From a virus, in the IMG/VR virus record IMGVR_UViG_3300015202_000003, positions 85,413 to 149,412 of that record: 64,000 nt of DNA. One strand, 5' to 3'. The notes beneath the pieces are model-generated. The model ran no database searches and had not been told where the DNA came from. It saw only the letters and a list, made by a program, of their open reading frames with translations. This document shows, piece after piece, positions 9,325 through 18,574 of the stretch. Numbering within the stretch: position 1 is the stretch's first letter; each line of letters begins with the position of its first letter. The position numbers and the translations under genes were made by a program.

Positions 9325-10622
9325 TGTTAAAATTAAACTTAGAAATAAAAGAAAGTTCAAAAAGTTACTGTGCTGAGGTTGTAAAAGTTCCTCAATTAAA
9401 TAGTTTAGAGAATTGCGATAATCTTCTTTCTTTTTCTCTTTACGGTTTCAATGTTTTAGTTTCAAAACAAATAAAAGAGGGGGAGTTAGGGGTTATTTTT
9501 CCAACTGAGTGTCAGTTGTCTCAAGAATTTTGTTTTCAGAACAATTTGTTTCGAGATTGTATAAAAAACAAAGACTTAACTCGAAAAGGTTACATAGAAA
9601 CAAATAGGAGGGTAAAAGCAACTAAACTCAGGTCACATATTTCTTCTGCTTTGTGGCTCCCAATTTCTTCTTTAAATTATTTGGGGGAAGATGTTGTTTC
9701 TCAACTTAAAGAGGGGGATTCTTTTACGCACATAAACTTTAAAGAAATTTGTTGTAAATATGAATTGCCAGAAATTGTCTTAAATAGATTAAATAAAAGC
9801 AAAAGTAAAAGTTTAGAGTTGTTAGCTTTACAAAAAACATTTCCAGAACACGTTGAAACTTCAAATTATTTTCGTAACGAGCATAAAATTTCAGACCTTA
9901 AAATTATTGTTATAACTCAAAAATTGCACGGGTCGTCGGGTCGCTTTGTTCATATTCCACTGCAAAAAACCGTAAAATTAAATTGGTTAGAGTCTCAGTT
10001 GAAAAAATTTAATTTAATAAAAACTCCTTCAAATGAAAACATTTTTACTCACATAGCAGGTTCTCGAAGAGTAATTAAAAACAATTCTTCTTCTTTAAAA
10101 AAAGATGTTTGGGGTTTAACTTTAGAAAAGGTAAGACATAAAATTCCAAAAAACGTAATTTTTTACGGGGAGTTGGTGGGTTGGGATGGGGAGAAACAAA
10201 TTCAAAAAAAATATACTTACAAAGTTCCAAAGGGACAATGTGAATTGTATATTTACAGAATTTGTTCGATTAATGAAGACGGTTTTTCAGTTGATTGGGG
10301 TTGGGATGCTGTTAAAGAGTTTTGTAAAGAGAACGGTTTAAATTATGTTCCGGAACTTTTTCGGGGAACACACGAACAGTTTAAACTTATAGCTCAGAAG
10401 TTCTTAGATGTTAATTATTTTGAGCAATACAACAAAGACAATTCTATTTACGTTGATATTCCTCTACCTTTAGATTCTCTTCATTTATACGATGAAGGTT
10501 TTGTTTGTAGAATAGAGGGGTTTCAACCTAAATTTTACAAGGGAAAGAGTGTCAATTTTCTTTTGCATGAATCTAAGCAATTAGATGATAACGAAACAGA
10601 CAGTGAATCTTTAGAGAGTTAA
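9324..10622 (+). CDS. ATP-dependent RNA ligase (Rnl2/DRB0094-like, N-terminal OB-type domain)
   Basis: Motif I TQKLHGSS, motif III FYGELVG, YVPELF, motif IV DEGFVCR, motif V YKGKS. Confidence 0.85.
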   Translation: MLKLNLEIKESSKSYCAEVVKVPQLNSLENCDNLLSFSLYGFNVLVSKQIKEGELGVIFPTECQLSQEFCFQNNLFRDCIKNKDLTRKGYIETNRRVKATKLRSHISSALWLPISSLNYLGEDVVSQLKEGDSFTHINFKEICCKYELPEIVLNRLNKSKSKSLELLALQKTFPEHVETSNYFRNEHKISDLKIIVITQKLHGSSGRFVHIPLQKTVKLNWLESQLKKFNLIKTPSNENIFTHIAGSRRVIKNNSSSLKKDVWGLTLEKVRHKIPKNVIFYGELVGWDGEKQIQKKYTYKVPKGQCELYIYRICSINEDGFSVDWGWDAVKEFCKENGLNYVPELFRGTHEQFKLIAQKFLDVNYFEQYNKDNSIYVDIPLPLDSLHLYDEGFVCRIEGFQPKFYKGKSVNFLLHESKQLDDNETDSESLES

Positions 10623-10660
10623 AATTTAAAAGAAGCCGTTGGATATTTAGAAAACAAAAA

Positions 10661-10951
10661 ATGAAAAGTAAAACAGATAGGTTCATAAACACAGAAACCG
10701 GAGAGAGTTCTTTAGACAAACTTTCGGGTTTCGATTCCGAGATTTACAGACTTTTAGGGAGGAAGATTGTTTCTATTAAACAATTAAAACAAACTCAATT
10801 TACGGAGGAAAGTTCTCTTCCACAATCAAAGTCTTTGGAAGATGCTTTCGATACAATTCCAAATACTTTCCCTGTTATAAATTCGGTATCGGGTTCAAAA
10901 ATAATCGAATTTACTTGTTCGGATGGTTCAATTGTTAGATTAGAATTTTAA
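10661..10951 (+). CDS. Hypothetical protein
   Basis: ATG ORF. Confidence 0.55.
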   Translation: MKSKTDRFINTETGESSLDKLSGFDSEIYRLLGRKIVSIKQLKQTQFTEESSLPQSKSLEDAFDTIPNTFPVINSVSGSKIIEFTCSDGSIVRLEF

Positions 10952-10970
10952 AATTTAAAAAGTAAGAATA

Positions 10971-11020
10971 ACTGAAATTAAAAAAGAGAAGAATCTTCGT
11001 TCTTCTCTTTTTCGTTTATA
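10971..11020 (+). promoter_or_regulatory. TCTTCG-loop hairpin plus CGTTTATA motif (putative phage promoter)
   Basis: CTGAAAT ... aaaaagagaagaa-TCTTCG-ttcttctcttttt-CGTTTATA; near-identical copy at 11489-11542. Confidence 0.65.
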
Positions 11021-11038
11021 TATATGAGATAAAATTTA

Positions 11039-11464
11039 ATGGAAAATTCAACGGCGACAGAGATGCGAAAAAACAGGTTTGTTTATACAGAAGCTATTAA
11101 GAAACTTTCTTTAGGGGGTTTTTGTGATGTTGTGCGTGTTCCTGTTCAAAAATTTTTTGATGCCTATTATGCTCTTTTGTTTCCTTTAGTTTTAAAAGAA
11201 GGTTATCAAACTTCTTCTGTTATAGATTTAACAGATTATATGAATCACGAAAATAATTTCTTACGGGTAGCTTTATTTGCAGATTCTACTGTTTGGAACG
11301 TAGACGAAAACTCTCGTCCTAAAACAGATGAAAACGGAGATTTCTCTTCTGATGTTTGTATTTTAGCTGTTTTTCCCGAAGAGGGTAGAGTGGGTTTTGT
11401 AACAGAAGATGGAACTGTTTTTCAATCGGGAGACATAGATATAAAAATTTCTATGTCTTTTTAA
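11039..11464 (+). CDS. Hypothetical protein
   Basis: ATG ORF downstream of the repeated hairpin. Confidence 0.6.
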   Translation: MENSTATEMRKNRFVYTEAIKKLSLGGFCDVVRVPVQKFFDAYYALLFPLVLKEGYQTSSVIDLTDYMNHENNFLRVALFADSTVWNVDENSRPKTDENGDFSSDVCILAVFPEEGRVGFVTEDGTVFQSGDIDIKISMSF

Positions 11465-11488
11465 AACAAAACTGTGAAAATTCAAGTA

Positions 11489-11542
11489 GCTGAAGAACAT
11501 TAAAAAAGAGAGGAATCTTAGTTCTTCTCTTTTTCGTTTATA
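11489..11542 (+). promoter_or_regulatory. Hairpin plus CGTTTATA motif (putative phage promoter)
   Basis: AGCTGAA ... aaaaagagaggaa-TCTTAG-ttcttctcttttt-CGTTTATA. Confidence 0.65.
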
Positions 11543-11545
11543 TAT

Positions 11546-11773
11546 ATGAGAATAAATATGAAAAACGAAGATTTTAAATTAAATAAAAACAGTTCTTTAG
11601 CACAATGGGAACATGAATTAACGAATCAGGTTTATTTGGCTTCTCTTTTAATTGAAAAAGCTGAGAGGTTGGGTTTGTGTAACGGTAACGGACATCATGC
11701 CGCCCAAAACATATCACAGTTCGCAGTAGAACAATTAAAATCTCATTGGATTCCCGAAGATAAGAGGAAGTAG
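11546..11773 (+). CDS. Hypothetical protein
   Basis: ORF with GNGHH motif. Confidence 0.55.
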   Translation: MRINMKNEDFKLNKNSSLAQWEHELTNQVYLASLLIEKAERLGLCNGNGHHAAQNISQFAVEQLKSHWIPEDKRK

Positions 11774-11905
11774 ATAGAAGAGTTTATTTTTTCTTAAAGA
11801 GTAAGAGATTAAATTATTAAATTGTGGAACATCAAACAGATAGTTCTGAATTAACTAAACAATTAAATAAGATGGGTTAGTGTAGAAGTTAAGTTGGGAA
11901 ATAAA

Positions 11906-12481
11906 ATGGAAAATTTAACTGAGATAGCAGAAGGTTTTAGAAGTTTGGAACTTTCAACGGAACGGGCGCGGGAAGAGTTCCTAAATCATCCAAGAATAAG
12001 GGAGTGGATAGGTTGTGTTTTAAAACCGCGAGAATTTTATTTTATTAACAGTTTTTCTTTTGAGAATGGAAAGGTAGGTGTAAACTACTGGTGTCCAAGC
12101 GGTGATGATGCCCTATTCATTCCTTTAGAAGTTTTAAATTCAAATGAACCTATAGAAGATTATTACGACGGATTAGAAAAAGAGCAGGAAAAATCTTTAG
12201 GTTTGATTAAAAAGAGAGAAAATTATAAAATAATGTTAAGCAATCTTTCTAAGGAAGAATATTCTTACGGGGAGTTGGTTTTACAATTAAAAAATTCAAT
12301 TTTAAATCTTGAGAAGTTAAAATTATATATCTTTAATCTTGAAACTTGTTTATTAGAAAAAGGGGAGTGTCCTCCATTTTTAACTGAAAGTGAGGTAAAG
12401 GAATTTGATAGATTGAATAATAAGAGTATTTTGAAGAATGGGGGGTTGGAAGAAAAGAACGAAGATAGTTTTATTTTTTAG
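11906..12481 (+). CDS. Hypothetical protein carrying a 14-aa segment identical to SbcC-C
   Basis: ATG at 11906; QLKNSILNLEKLKL shared with 2557..3195. Confidence 0.6.
   Translation: MENLTEIAEGFRSLELSTERAREEFLNHPRIREWIGCVLKPREFYFINSFSFENGKVGVNYWCPSGDDALFIPLEVLNSNEPIEDYYDGLEKEQEKSLGLIKKRENYKIMLSNLSKEEYSYGELVLQLKNSILNLEKLKLYIFNLETCLLEKGECPPFLTESEVKEFDRLNNKSILKNGGLEEKNEDSFIF
12284..12325 (+). repeat. 42-bp exact direct repeat of 2632..2673
   Basis: caattaaaaaattcaattttaaatcttgagaagttaaaatta at both sites. Confidence 0.9.
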
Positions 12482-12488
12482 TTAAATT

Positions 12489-12779
12489 ATGCTGAAGAAT
12501 TTTGAAGAATTTCTTATTTATTTACAACAAAAGAAAACTGCTGTTTACGATGATTTATTAAAAAACTATGTTTTAGTTAATGGTTTTTATAAGGAGTCTG
12601 ATTTGAAAGAAGAAGACAGGGAGGTAATTATATTTAAGACAGAGAAGATTTTTGGAGAGTATTTGAAAGGCAATGTTCGTCCGGTTGTTCGGGCTATAAA
12701 TTTAGCTATGTCTTCTTGGGGCGAAGATGTTTTCAGAGACGTGGCAACGGCGTATTTGTCTTTTAATCACAATGGTTAA
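12489..12779 (+). CDS. Hypothetical protein
   Basis: ATG ORF overlapping the sbcD start. Confidence 0.55.
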   Translation: MLKNFEEFLIYLQQKKTAVYDDLLKNYVLVNGFYKESDLKEEDREVIIFKTEKIFGEYLKGNVRPVVRAINLAMSSWGEDVFRDVATAYLSFNHNG

Positions 12780-13755
12780 TTTAAAATCTAATAGTTTTTT
12801 TCTGGTTGGTGACTTGCATATTAATTTTTCTAACGTCGTATCCCGCCGCGATAGTTATGGAGAAACTGTTTTAAGAAAACTAAGGTGGGTTTTTGAACAT
12901 AGTTTGGGAAAAGGTTGTAATGTGGTCTTGGTAAGCGGCGATTGGTTCCATACAAAGAAGCAGACGGTTTCTTATTTAAATAAAGTAGTTTCTCTTTTTG
13001 CTGAATTTAAAAAAAGAGGCTTATATGTATATGGGATATTAGGAAATCACGACTATACCTCAGAAATCGCTGTTTCAGTAGAGAATCATCCGATTTATAT
13101 GCTTTTCAAGTCAGAGATGGCTTTTCATTTAGATGTGTTAAATCTTTTAGACGAAAAAGAAAATGTTTTAATATCTATACAAGGAAAAGATTATTTAGAT
13201 TTAAATTTTAGTAAAAGTTGTTTAAAAGATGTTTTGTCTTGTTTAGTTTTTCATAGATATTACGAAGAAGATGAACACGAACCTTTTCCTTTAACTAAAG
13301 AAGTTGTTTTAAAAGAGGGGTGGGATATTTGTTTCGGCGGACACGCGCATCAACGATACGCTGACGTTTTATTTCCTAATCTTCAATCTTTTTCGGGTAA
13401 ATCTTTAATTGTAAGACCCGGCTCTCTCTTACGGGGAACAAGCCATTCAGAGGAAGTTAGAAAAGAGGTAGGGGTAGTTTTTTTTGATGTATCAGATCCA
13501 AAAAATCCTAAACATGAATTTGTAGTTGTTCCCCACGAAAAAGCAGAAGATGTTTTTATTTCTCAAGTCTTTGACAAAGAAAACAAACAAAAAAATATAA
13601 AAGATAGAATAAAAGACAAGGTAGAAATTTTGGTGGGAATGATGGAAAATACAAGTTCAAGTGAGAAGTTGGATTTAAATGTTTACGAGAAAATGCCCGA
13701 AGAAGTTAAAATTCATCTTAGAGAGAAATTAAGAGAGAAAGGTATTTTTGGTTGA
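12772..13755 (+). CDS. sbcD: SbcD/Mre11-like metallophosphoesterase nuclease
   Basis: GDLH, SGDWFH, GNHD, FH, GGHAH, RPGSL motifs; SbcC halves in the same window. Confidence 0.85.
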   Translation: MVNLKSNSFFLVGDLHINFSNVVSRRDSYGETVLRKLRWVFEHSLGKGCNVVLVSGDWFHTKKQTVSYLNKVVSLFAEFKKRGLYVYGILGNHDYTSEIAVSVENHPIYMLFKSEMAFHLDVLNLLDEKENVLISIQGKDYLDLNFSKSCLKDVLSCLVFHRYYEEDEHEPFPLTKEVVLKEGWDICFGGHAHQRYADVLFPNLQSFSGKSLIVRPGSLLRGTSHSEEVRKEVGVVFFDVSDPKNPKHEFVVVPHEKAEDVFISQVFDKENKQKNIKDRIKDKVEILVGMMENTSSSEKLDLNVYEKMPEEVKIHLREKLREKGIFG

Positions 13756-13763
13756 TGTTTAAA

Positions 13764-13801
13764 TTAAATTAACAAAGAATCTTCGTTCTTTGTTAATTTA
13801 A
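13764..13801 (+). promoter_or_regulatory. TCTTCG-loop hairpin with perfect 16-bp stem
   Basis: ttaaattaacaaagaa-TCTTCG-ttctttgttaatttaa. Confidence 0.65.
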
Positions 13802-13837
13802 AATTTTGTATTTTCAATCTAATTTTTAAAAACTTAA

Positions 13838-14113
13838 ATGTATCCGGAAAAAGATTTTTTAGACATAGAAGAACAAAAACATAAATTTTTGGGTTTATTT
13901 TTTCAAAACAAGCCTTTTATGTTTGAAACGGGTTTTTTTACAGTTAAAATTAATTGTAAAGGTTTAGCTCATATCAATGAAAAAAAAGGTTTTTTTGAAG
14001 CTATCAACGAATACGAGTTAGAGGGTTGGGCTGTAGAAATTAAAACAAAAAGAAGTGGTTTTTTATGGTTGAATAAACATAAAGAAGTTTCTTTTTCTAA
14101 TCGGGGATTTTAA
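13838..14113 (+). CDS. Hypothetical protein, paralog triplet member 1
   Basis: INEYELEGW motif shared with the next two ORFs. Confidence 0.55.
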   Translation: MYPEKDFLDIEEQKHKFLGLFFQNKPFMFETGFFTVKINCKGLAHINEKKGFFEAINEYELEGWAVEIKTKRSGFLWLNKHKEVSFSNRGF

Positions 14114-14116
14114 AAA

Positions 14117-14446
14117 ATGAATTTAAAAGATTTAAAACTATCTTACGGGGATTTAAACGAAGAGTTTTTGGTTGATTTTAAAAATCAAATTGAGAAAGAG
14201 AAACAGAGTTTTTGTTTTTTTATTTCAAATTCTATTAAAAACCAAATGTTAAAAGAGAACCAATTTTTTTCAGTGTGTTTGGAAGGCTTCGATTACAATG
14301 ATGAATTACAAAAAATTGGTTTAGAAAAGGCTTTAGAAGAGTTTAGAAAACAGGGTTGGGGTATTAGAGAAGAAGATTTTTACAGGGTTATTTTTAAGAA
14401 ATATAAATTTAAAAGAATCCATTTATTTCATTCTTCGTCTCATTAA
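14117..14446 (+). CDS. Hypothetical protein, paralog triplet member 2
   Basis: LEEFRKQGW. Confidence 0.55.
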   Translation: MNLKDLKLSYGDLNEEFLVDFKNQIEKEKQSFCFFISNSIKNQMLKENQFFSVCLEGFDYNDELQKIGLEKALEEFRKQGWGIREEDFYRVIFKKYKFKRIHLFHSSSH

Positions 14447-14450
14447 AACC

Positions 14451-14741
14451 ATGAACGATAAAAATAAAAACTCTTTTTCCTTCTCGTTAGACCCCATCTC
14501 TCCAAGCATAAAAATTACGGATTTTGGGGGCAGTTATAATTATTTTCTAATTGAAGTTCCTGAAACAGAGTTAAAAAAACCAGAGATAGAAATATGGTTG
14601 GGAAATATGTTGGAAGAATTTCAAAAAGACAGTTGGACTTATGATTACGAAATAAAAACAGTTAAATTTTCTAAGTGGAAATTTTGGCAAAAACACAGAG
14701 TGAGGTTTTATAAATTTTATTTTCCGGAAGATTTGGTTTAA
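14451..14741 (+). CDS. Hypothetical protein, paralog triplet member 3
   Basis: LEEFQKDSW. Confidence 0.55.
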   Translation: MNDKNKNSFSFSLDPISPSIKITDFGGSYNYFLIEVPETELKKPEIEIWLGNMLEEFQKDSWTYDYEIKTVKFSKWKFWQKHRVRFYKFYFPEDLV

Positions 14742-14802
14742 ATTTTAAAAATAGCTGAAATAAGGTTTTAAAAGGATTTTTTCTTTTTAAGGTTCGTTTA
14801 AT

Positions 14803-14850
14803 TAGTTAATACCGTAGGGATTGCGGGATTTTAAGCCTGTGGAGACGGTG
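14803..14850 (+). mobile_element. 5' fragment of the type B omegaRNA-like scaffold
   Basis: tagttaataccgtagggattgcgggattttaagcctgtggagacggtgt matches 15377-15425 with 1 mismatch. Confidence 0.75.
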
Positions 14851-14940
14851 TTAATAAAAACGACTTGGTTTCTACGAGTAACGGTTGGGAATCATTTTTT
14901 GGACATCCTGTTAGAGAAATGATGTGGGAAGAATAACATT

Positions 14941-15117
14941 ATGGCAAAATTTATTTTTACATTAAATATAGGATTGAATGGCGGAAGAAAAGAAGAAGTA
15001 GAAATTCCTGACGAGGAGTTAGAAGGCTTAGAGGAACAAGAAAAACAGAGTTTTATGGAAGATTATTGGAAGGAATGGTCTGGTGAGTATATTGATGGTG
15101 GGTGGAGTGAAGAGTAA
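14941..15117 (+). CDS. Small acidic phage protein, 58 aa (not in ORF track)
   Basis: MAKFIFTLNIGLNGGRKEEVEIPDEEL...EDYWKEWSGEYIDGGWSEE resembles a common phage family. Confidence 0.65.
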   Translation: MAKFIFTLNIGLNGGRKEEVEIPDEELEGLEEQEKQSFMEDYWKEWSGEYIDGGWSEE

Positions 15118-15322
15118 ACCCAAAATTAATTTGAGGAATCTCTTTTAGATGATGCTCTCTTACTAATCACTATTCTCCGTGCTACGATAAATAAAAATCC
15201 TGTTCACCTACTTTAAAATACGACGTTGTATCACACAAACAAGGCAGATGATAGCTAAGATGAAGAATCCCAATTATAAACCCCCATTTAATTGGCTTTA
15301 TGATTACTTGGATGAACGCATT

Positions 15323-15495
15323 TTGTCTGAGGGGATAAAAGCCCAAGGGAACCCAACGGGTTTCTTCTCGGTTTCTTAGTTAATACCGCAGGGATTGCGG
15401 GATTTTAAGCCTGTGGAGACGGTGTAAGACCTCCGAAAGGGGGCGTTAGTCTGTGAAGCAGGAAGCCACCATGCTTGTCAGGGTGGTAAGTTCAC
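15323..15495 (+). mobile_element. Non-autonomous IS200/IS605 derivative: partial left end plus omegaRNA scaffold and right end, no tnpB
   Basis: 15323-15344 matches the tnpB element left end 22352-22373 at 20/22; ends GAAG-hairpin(CTTGT loop)-TTCAC. Confidence 0.75.
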
Positions 15496-15550
15496 AAATG
15501 TTTTGTTTGTAACAAATATCATTTGACAATTCGCTCTTAAAAAATTAAAT

Positions 15551-15599
15551 AGCTGAGATAAGAAAACCTTTGAATCTTCGTTCGAGGGTTTTCTTATCT
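15551..15599 (+). promoter_or_regulatory. TCTTCG-loop hairpin element
   Basis: AGCTG-agataagaaaacctttgaa-TCTTCG-ttcgagggttttcttatct. Confidence 0.65.
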
Positions 15600-15621
15600 T
15601 TTACAGAGGTTAAAAAATAAA

Positions 15622-15795
15622 ATGAAAAAATTTTTGAGCAGTGCAATGAAGTTTTGGGGTTTTGAAAGTGATTCTGAAAAGAGTGTAGGCTGTTTATTTA
15701 TGGCCTTTTTTCTTTTTGTTTTTCTTTCATCCTTGTCTTTTTTGGCTTTTATTTTGTGGGCTATTTACAAGTTTACGATGCACTTCACCGCTTAA
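15622..15795 (+). CDS. Small membrane protein, 57 aa (not in ORF track)
   Basis: GAGG upstream; long hydrophobic stretch CLFMAFFLFVFLSSLSFLAFILWAIY. Confidence 0.55.
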   Translation: MKKFLSSAMKFWGFESDSEKSVGCLFMAFFLFVFLSSLSFLAFILWAIYKFTMHFTA

Positions 15796-15885
15796 TTCAA
15801 ATTAAAAATAATAAAAGCAATGAACCAGAAGAGGTCAATTAAATTTTAACTGTTCGTTTAAACAATAGGAGTTAATAAAAACACA

Positions 15886-16431
15886 ATGACAAACACAGAA
15901 AAAAGAAAAGCGATAGAAGAATATGTTTCAGAAATCGCAGAAAAAAAGGAAACTTGGCCTGAAGGGGTTTGGAATAATGAACCTGACAGAGTGGAGTGGA
16001 GGGCAGAATTTAATGGAAAAACCTTTCCTTGTCTTCTTATAAGGAATTGGCTTGGGACGTGGTGTGGCTATGTAGCAGTAGATTCAACCCATCCTTATTA
16101 CAATAAAAATTACTCTGAAGAAAGAATCTCTCATCTAAATTGTCATGGTGGTTTGACTTACGCTTCTTTTTGTGGCGGGTCTATTTATCATATTCCTTTA
16201 GGTGAAGAAGAAGACAAGGTTTTTTGGTTTGGGTTTGATGCCGCACATTCTGGGGATTTAATTCCCGGTATGCCTTTCCGAGAAAAATTAACCTTAGAAT
16301 CTTTAAGTTGGGAAACTTACCGAGATTTAAATTACATGGAAAATCAAACAGATCAACTGGCGCAACAGTTATCTGAGGTTAAAATTAAATTTGATGAACG
16401 CTGTGTTTTAGAAAGTTTTATGGAGATTTAA
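15886..16431 (+). CDS. Conserved phage protein (WCGYV / HGGLTY / WFGFD.AH family)
   Basis: GTWCGYVAV..HP, CHGGLTY, WFGFDAAHSGD; AGGAG RBS. Confidence 0.75.
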   Translation: MTNTEKRKAIEEYVSEIAEKKETWPEGVWNNEPDRVEWRAEFNGKTFPCLLIRNWLGTWCGYVAVDSTHPYYNKNYSEERISHLNCHGGLTYASFCGGSIYHIPLGEEEDKVFWFGFDAAHSGDLIPGMPFREKLTLESLSWETYRDLNYMENQTDQLAQQLSEVKIKFDERCVLESFMEI

Positions 16432-16439
16432 TTTAAATC

Positions 16440-16832
16440 ATGGAAAAGAAATATGTATACAATAAGACAGATCAAGAAATAGCACAGTTGGCTATGGATA
16501 TTGTGGACGAAAAAGTTTTTGGCTCTTGGGATTTAAAAGGGGCAGAATTTTCTTCTATTTTACCTTTAATTTTTATGCCTCTTATGTTTATAGAAGAAGA
16601 CACTAAAGAGCAGGTATTAAAAGCAGACACAGCACATCTTTACGAATATTTTTCGGAGGCATCTCCTCGTTCTGTAAATGGCTATCCGATTTTCTTTTCT
16701 TTTAGAATGTTATCTAAAGAAAATTCAAACCAAGTTTTTGAAAAAGTAGAACTTTATAAACAGTTTAAATCTCAGATTTTAGTTTCTTTAGAGTCTAAGA
16801 TTTTTGAATTGGATGAAACAATGAGTGTTTAA
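16440..16832 (+). CDS. Hypothetical phage protein
   Basis: YEYFSEASPRSVNGYPIFFS motif. Confidence 0.6.
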   Translation: MEKKYVYNKTDQEIAQLAMDIVDEKVFGSWDLKGAEFSSILPLIFMPLMFIEEDTKEQVLKADTAHLYEYFSEASPRSVNGYPIFFSFRMLSKENSNQVFEKVELYKQFKSQILVSLESKIFELDETMSV

Positions 16833-16857
16833 TATTTTAAAATAGAAAATTAAAAAG

Positions 16858-17103
16858 ATGAAACAGTTTAAATTTTTCATATTAAATTTTGTGGAAACTA
16901 TGACACCACACAGTTCTTCAGATCAATTCTTTCAAGCCCGAATTTTTTCGCTTAGGTCAATTTTTGCTTTGTTGGTTTTTCACTTCTTCCATTTCTTTAA
17001 TTGGGTTGTCTTTCTTTCTTTTGTTTTAATTTTTATTGGAAATTTAATTCAGTGGTTAAATTATTTTGAGTGGAAAAAAGAGGACGAAGAAAACGGTTTT
17101 TAA
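16858..17103 (+). CDS. Membrane protein
   Basis: Two hydrophobic segments. Confidence 0.55.
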   Translation: MKQFKFFILNFVETMTPHSSSDQFFQARIFSLRSIFALLVFHFFHFFNWVVFLSFVLIFIGNLIQWLNYFEWKKEDEENGF

Positions 17104-17174
17104 ATTAAAAAAGTGAATAGCTGAAATAAGCCAAAACCAGTCAATTTTTAATTTTCTAAGCGTTTATATTTAAG

Positions 17175-17720
17175 ATGCCCAAAAAATCAAAGATTGAAAG
17201 TGAAACGCCTTCTGTAAATCAAATTCCAGAAGGTGTTTTAGAAGCAGTTAAAAAAGACGTTGAGGGAAAGTCACAAAAAGAGATTTCGGATATGGCGGTC
17301 ATGTTTTATATGATTGATTTTTTTCCTAAATTAAGACTTATTAAAGACGAAGTTTTATCTGAAGATTTTGAACCTGCTCAAAATTCTCCTTTACGTTCTT
17401 CCTTTGTTCAAACTTCAAAAGAATTAAAAGAAAAAACATACCACAAGCCTTTTAAGTTAAATTCACGTATAGATTTAATTTTGGCGGAGTGTGACGTGGA
17501 ATCTCAGAGAAACCCTTTGCAACACATCAGAGGCGGTTTATTTATTCCTTCTTTTAGAGAAGAATCGATGTCTGGTTTGCAAGTTGTAGCCATTATGGTT
17601 TTAAGTTTGTATATAAAGACGGGTGAAAATAGAGAGGTTTCGGATGCTCTTTTTTCATCGTGGCCCTTAGAAAGGGTTTTGAATGTCTTAGATTCTAAGA
17701 AAGTTTTAGTTTCGGATTAG
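17175..17720 (+). CDS. Hypothetical protein
   Basis: ATG ORF preceded by AGCTGAAAT...CGTTTATA. Confidence 0.6.
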   Translation: MPKKSKIESETPSVNQIPEGVLEAVKKDVEGKSQKEISDMAVMFYMIDFFPKLRLIKDEVLSEDFEPAQNSPLRSSFVQTSKELKEKTYHKPFKLNSRIDLILAECDVESQRNPLQHIRGGLFIPSFREESMSGLQVVAIMVLSLYIKTGENREVSDALFSSWPLERVLNVLDSKKVLVSD

Positions 17721-18002
17721 AAAGTAATTATGTCCCATCTTTTATTCTGAGTGTAAAGGGTTAATCTGGAAATTTTTTGGTCTTGTTTTGTTGTTTTTAG
17801 CTTTGTTTTTAATTCACATTGTTTTATTTTAGATTGTGGGTTAAGGATAGCACTATTTCTTTAAATTTATTTCTTTTATATGCCAAACAGAGGAAATTAA
17901 ATTTTTTCTGTTTGTCTTATAAATAGTTAATACCGCAGGGATTGCGGCTTGAACTAATGCGAACACCGCGCCGCCGCCCTGAAATAAGGGAGGGAGTAAA
18001 AA

Positions 18003-18500
18003 ATGGAAGTTTCAGAAAAATTAGACGCATATATCAGAAATGTAAAGGCTGAAAAAAAGCATTTAGAAATTGTAAAAAAGAAATGCCTTGAAGAATTGAA
18101 AGAGGCCAACAATTTTCTTTCAGCGGGAGAGGGTGTTTTAAACTTTTTTTTAAACCAATTAGCCAAAGAAAGGGAGGAAGACCTGTTGTTTCTTTTAAAC
18201 AACAATGAAAAAATAGATTTTGGAAAAGGTTGCTTTTATGCACCTTACGAAAGAGAGGGTTTTGTTCACGCCGATAAAATTAGTTTAGAACCTTCTCTTT
18301 ATACAGGTTATGAAAGTTGTTTGTTAGTGACAGGTGAGGATGTAGATGAGAGAAATTATTGGCTTGGTCATATTTCTTTACTGATGTTAGATTGCGATTT
18401 AACTTTTTTAAAAGAAGAAGTTAGAAACAAAGAAGCTGCTCAGAAAAAGGCTTACGAAAAGAAGTTATTTGAAGAGCTAAAAATTAAATTAGGAGAGTAA
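18003..18500 (+). CDS. Hypothetical protein
   Basis: GGGAG RBS, ATG ORF. Confidence 0.6.
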   Translation: MEVSEKLDAYIRNVKAEKKHLEIVKKKCLEELKEANNFLSAGEGVLNFFLNQLAKEREEDLLFLLNNNEKIDFGKGCFYAPYEREGFVHADKISLEPSLYTGYESCLLVTGEDVDERNYWLGHISLLMLDCDLTFLKEEVRNKEAAQKKAYEKKLFEELKIKLGE

Positions 18501-18509
18501 TTAAGACAG

Positions 18510-18574
18510 TTGAGAAATCTAATTTTTTTCTTGTTAAATTATAAATCCAACAAGAAAAAAATTAGATTTCTCAA
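18510..18574. repeat. Perfect 26-bp inverted repeat with 13-nt loop
   Basis: ttgagaaatctaatttttttcttgtt / aacaagaaaaaaattagatttctcaa. Confidence 0.85.

Noticed and set aside
15496-15520. Self-target of the solo omegaRNA guide at ~4882 (tttgtaacaaat)
   Set aside because: The match covers only a distal AT-rich 12-mer, not the seed next to a TAM; likely chance.
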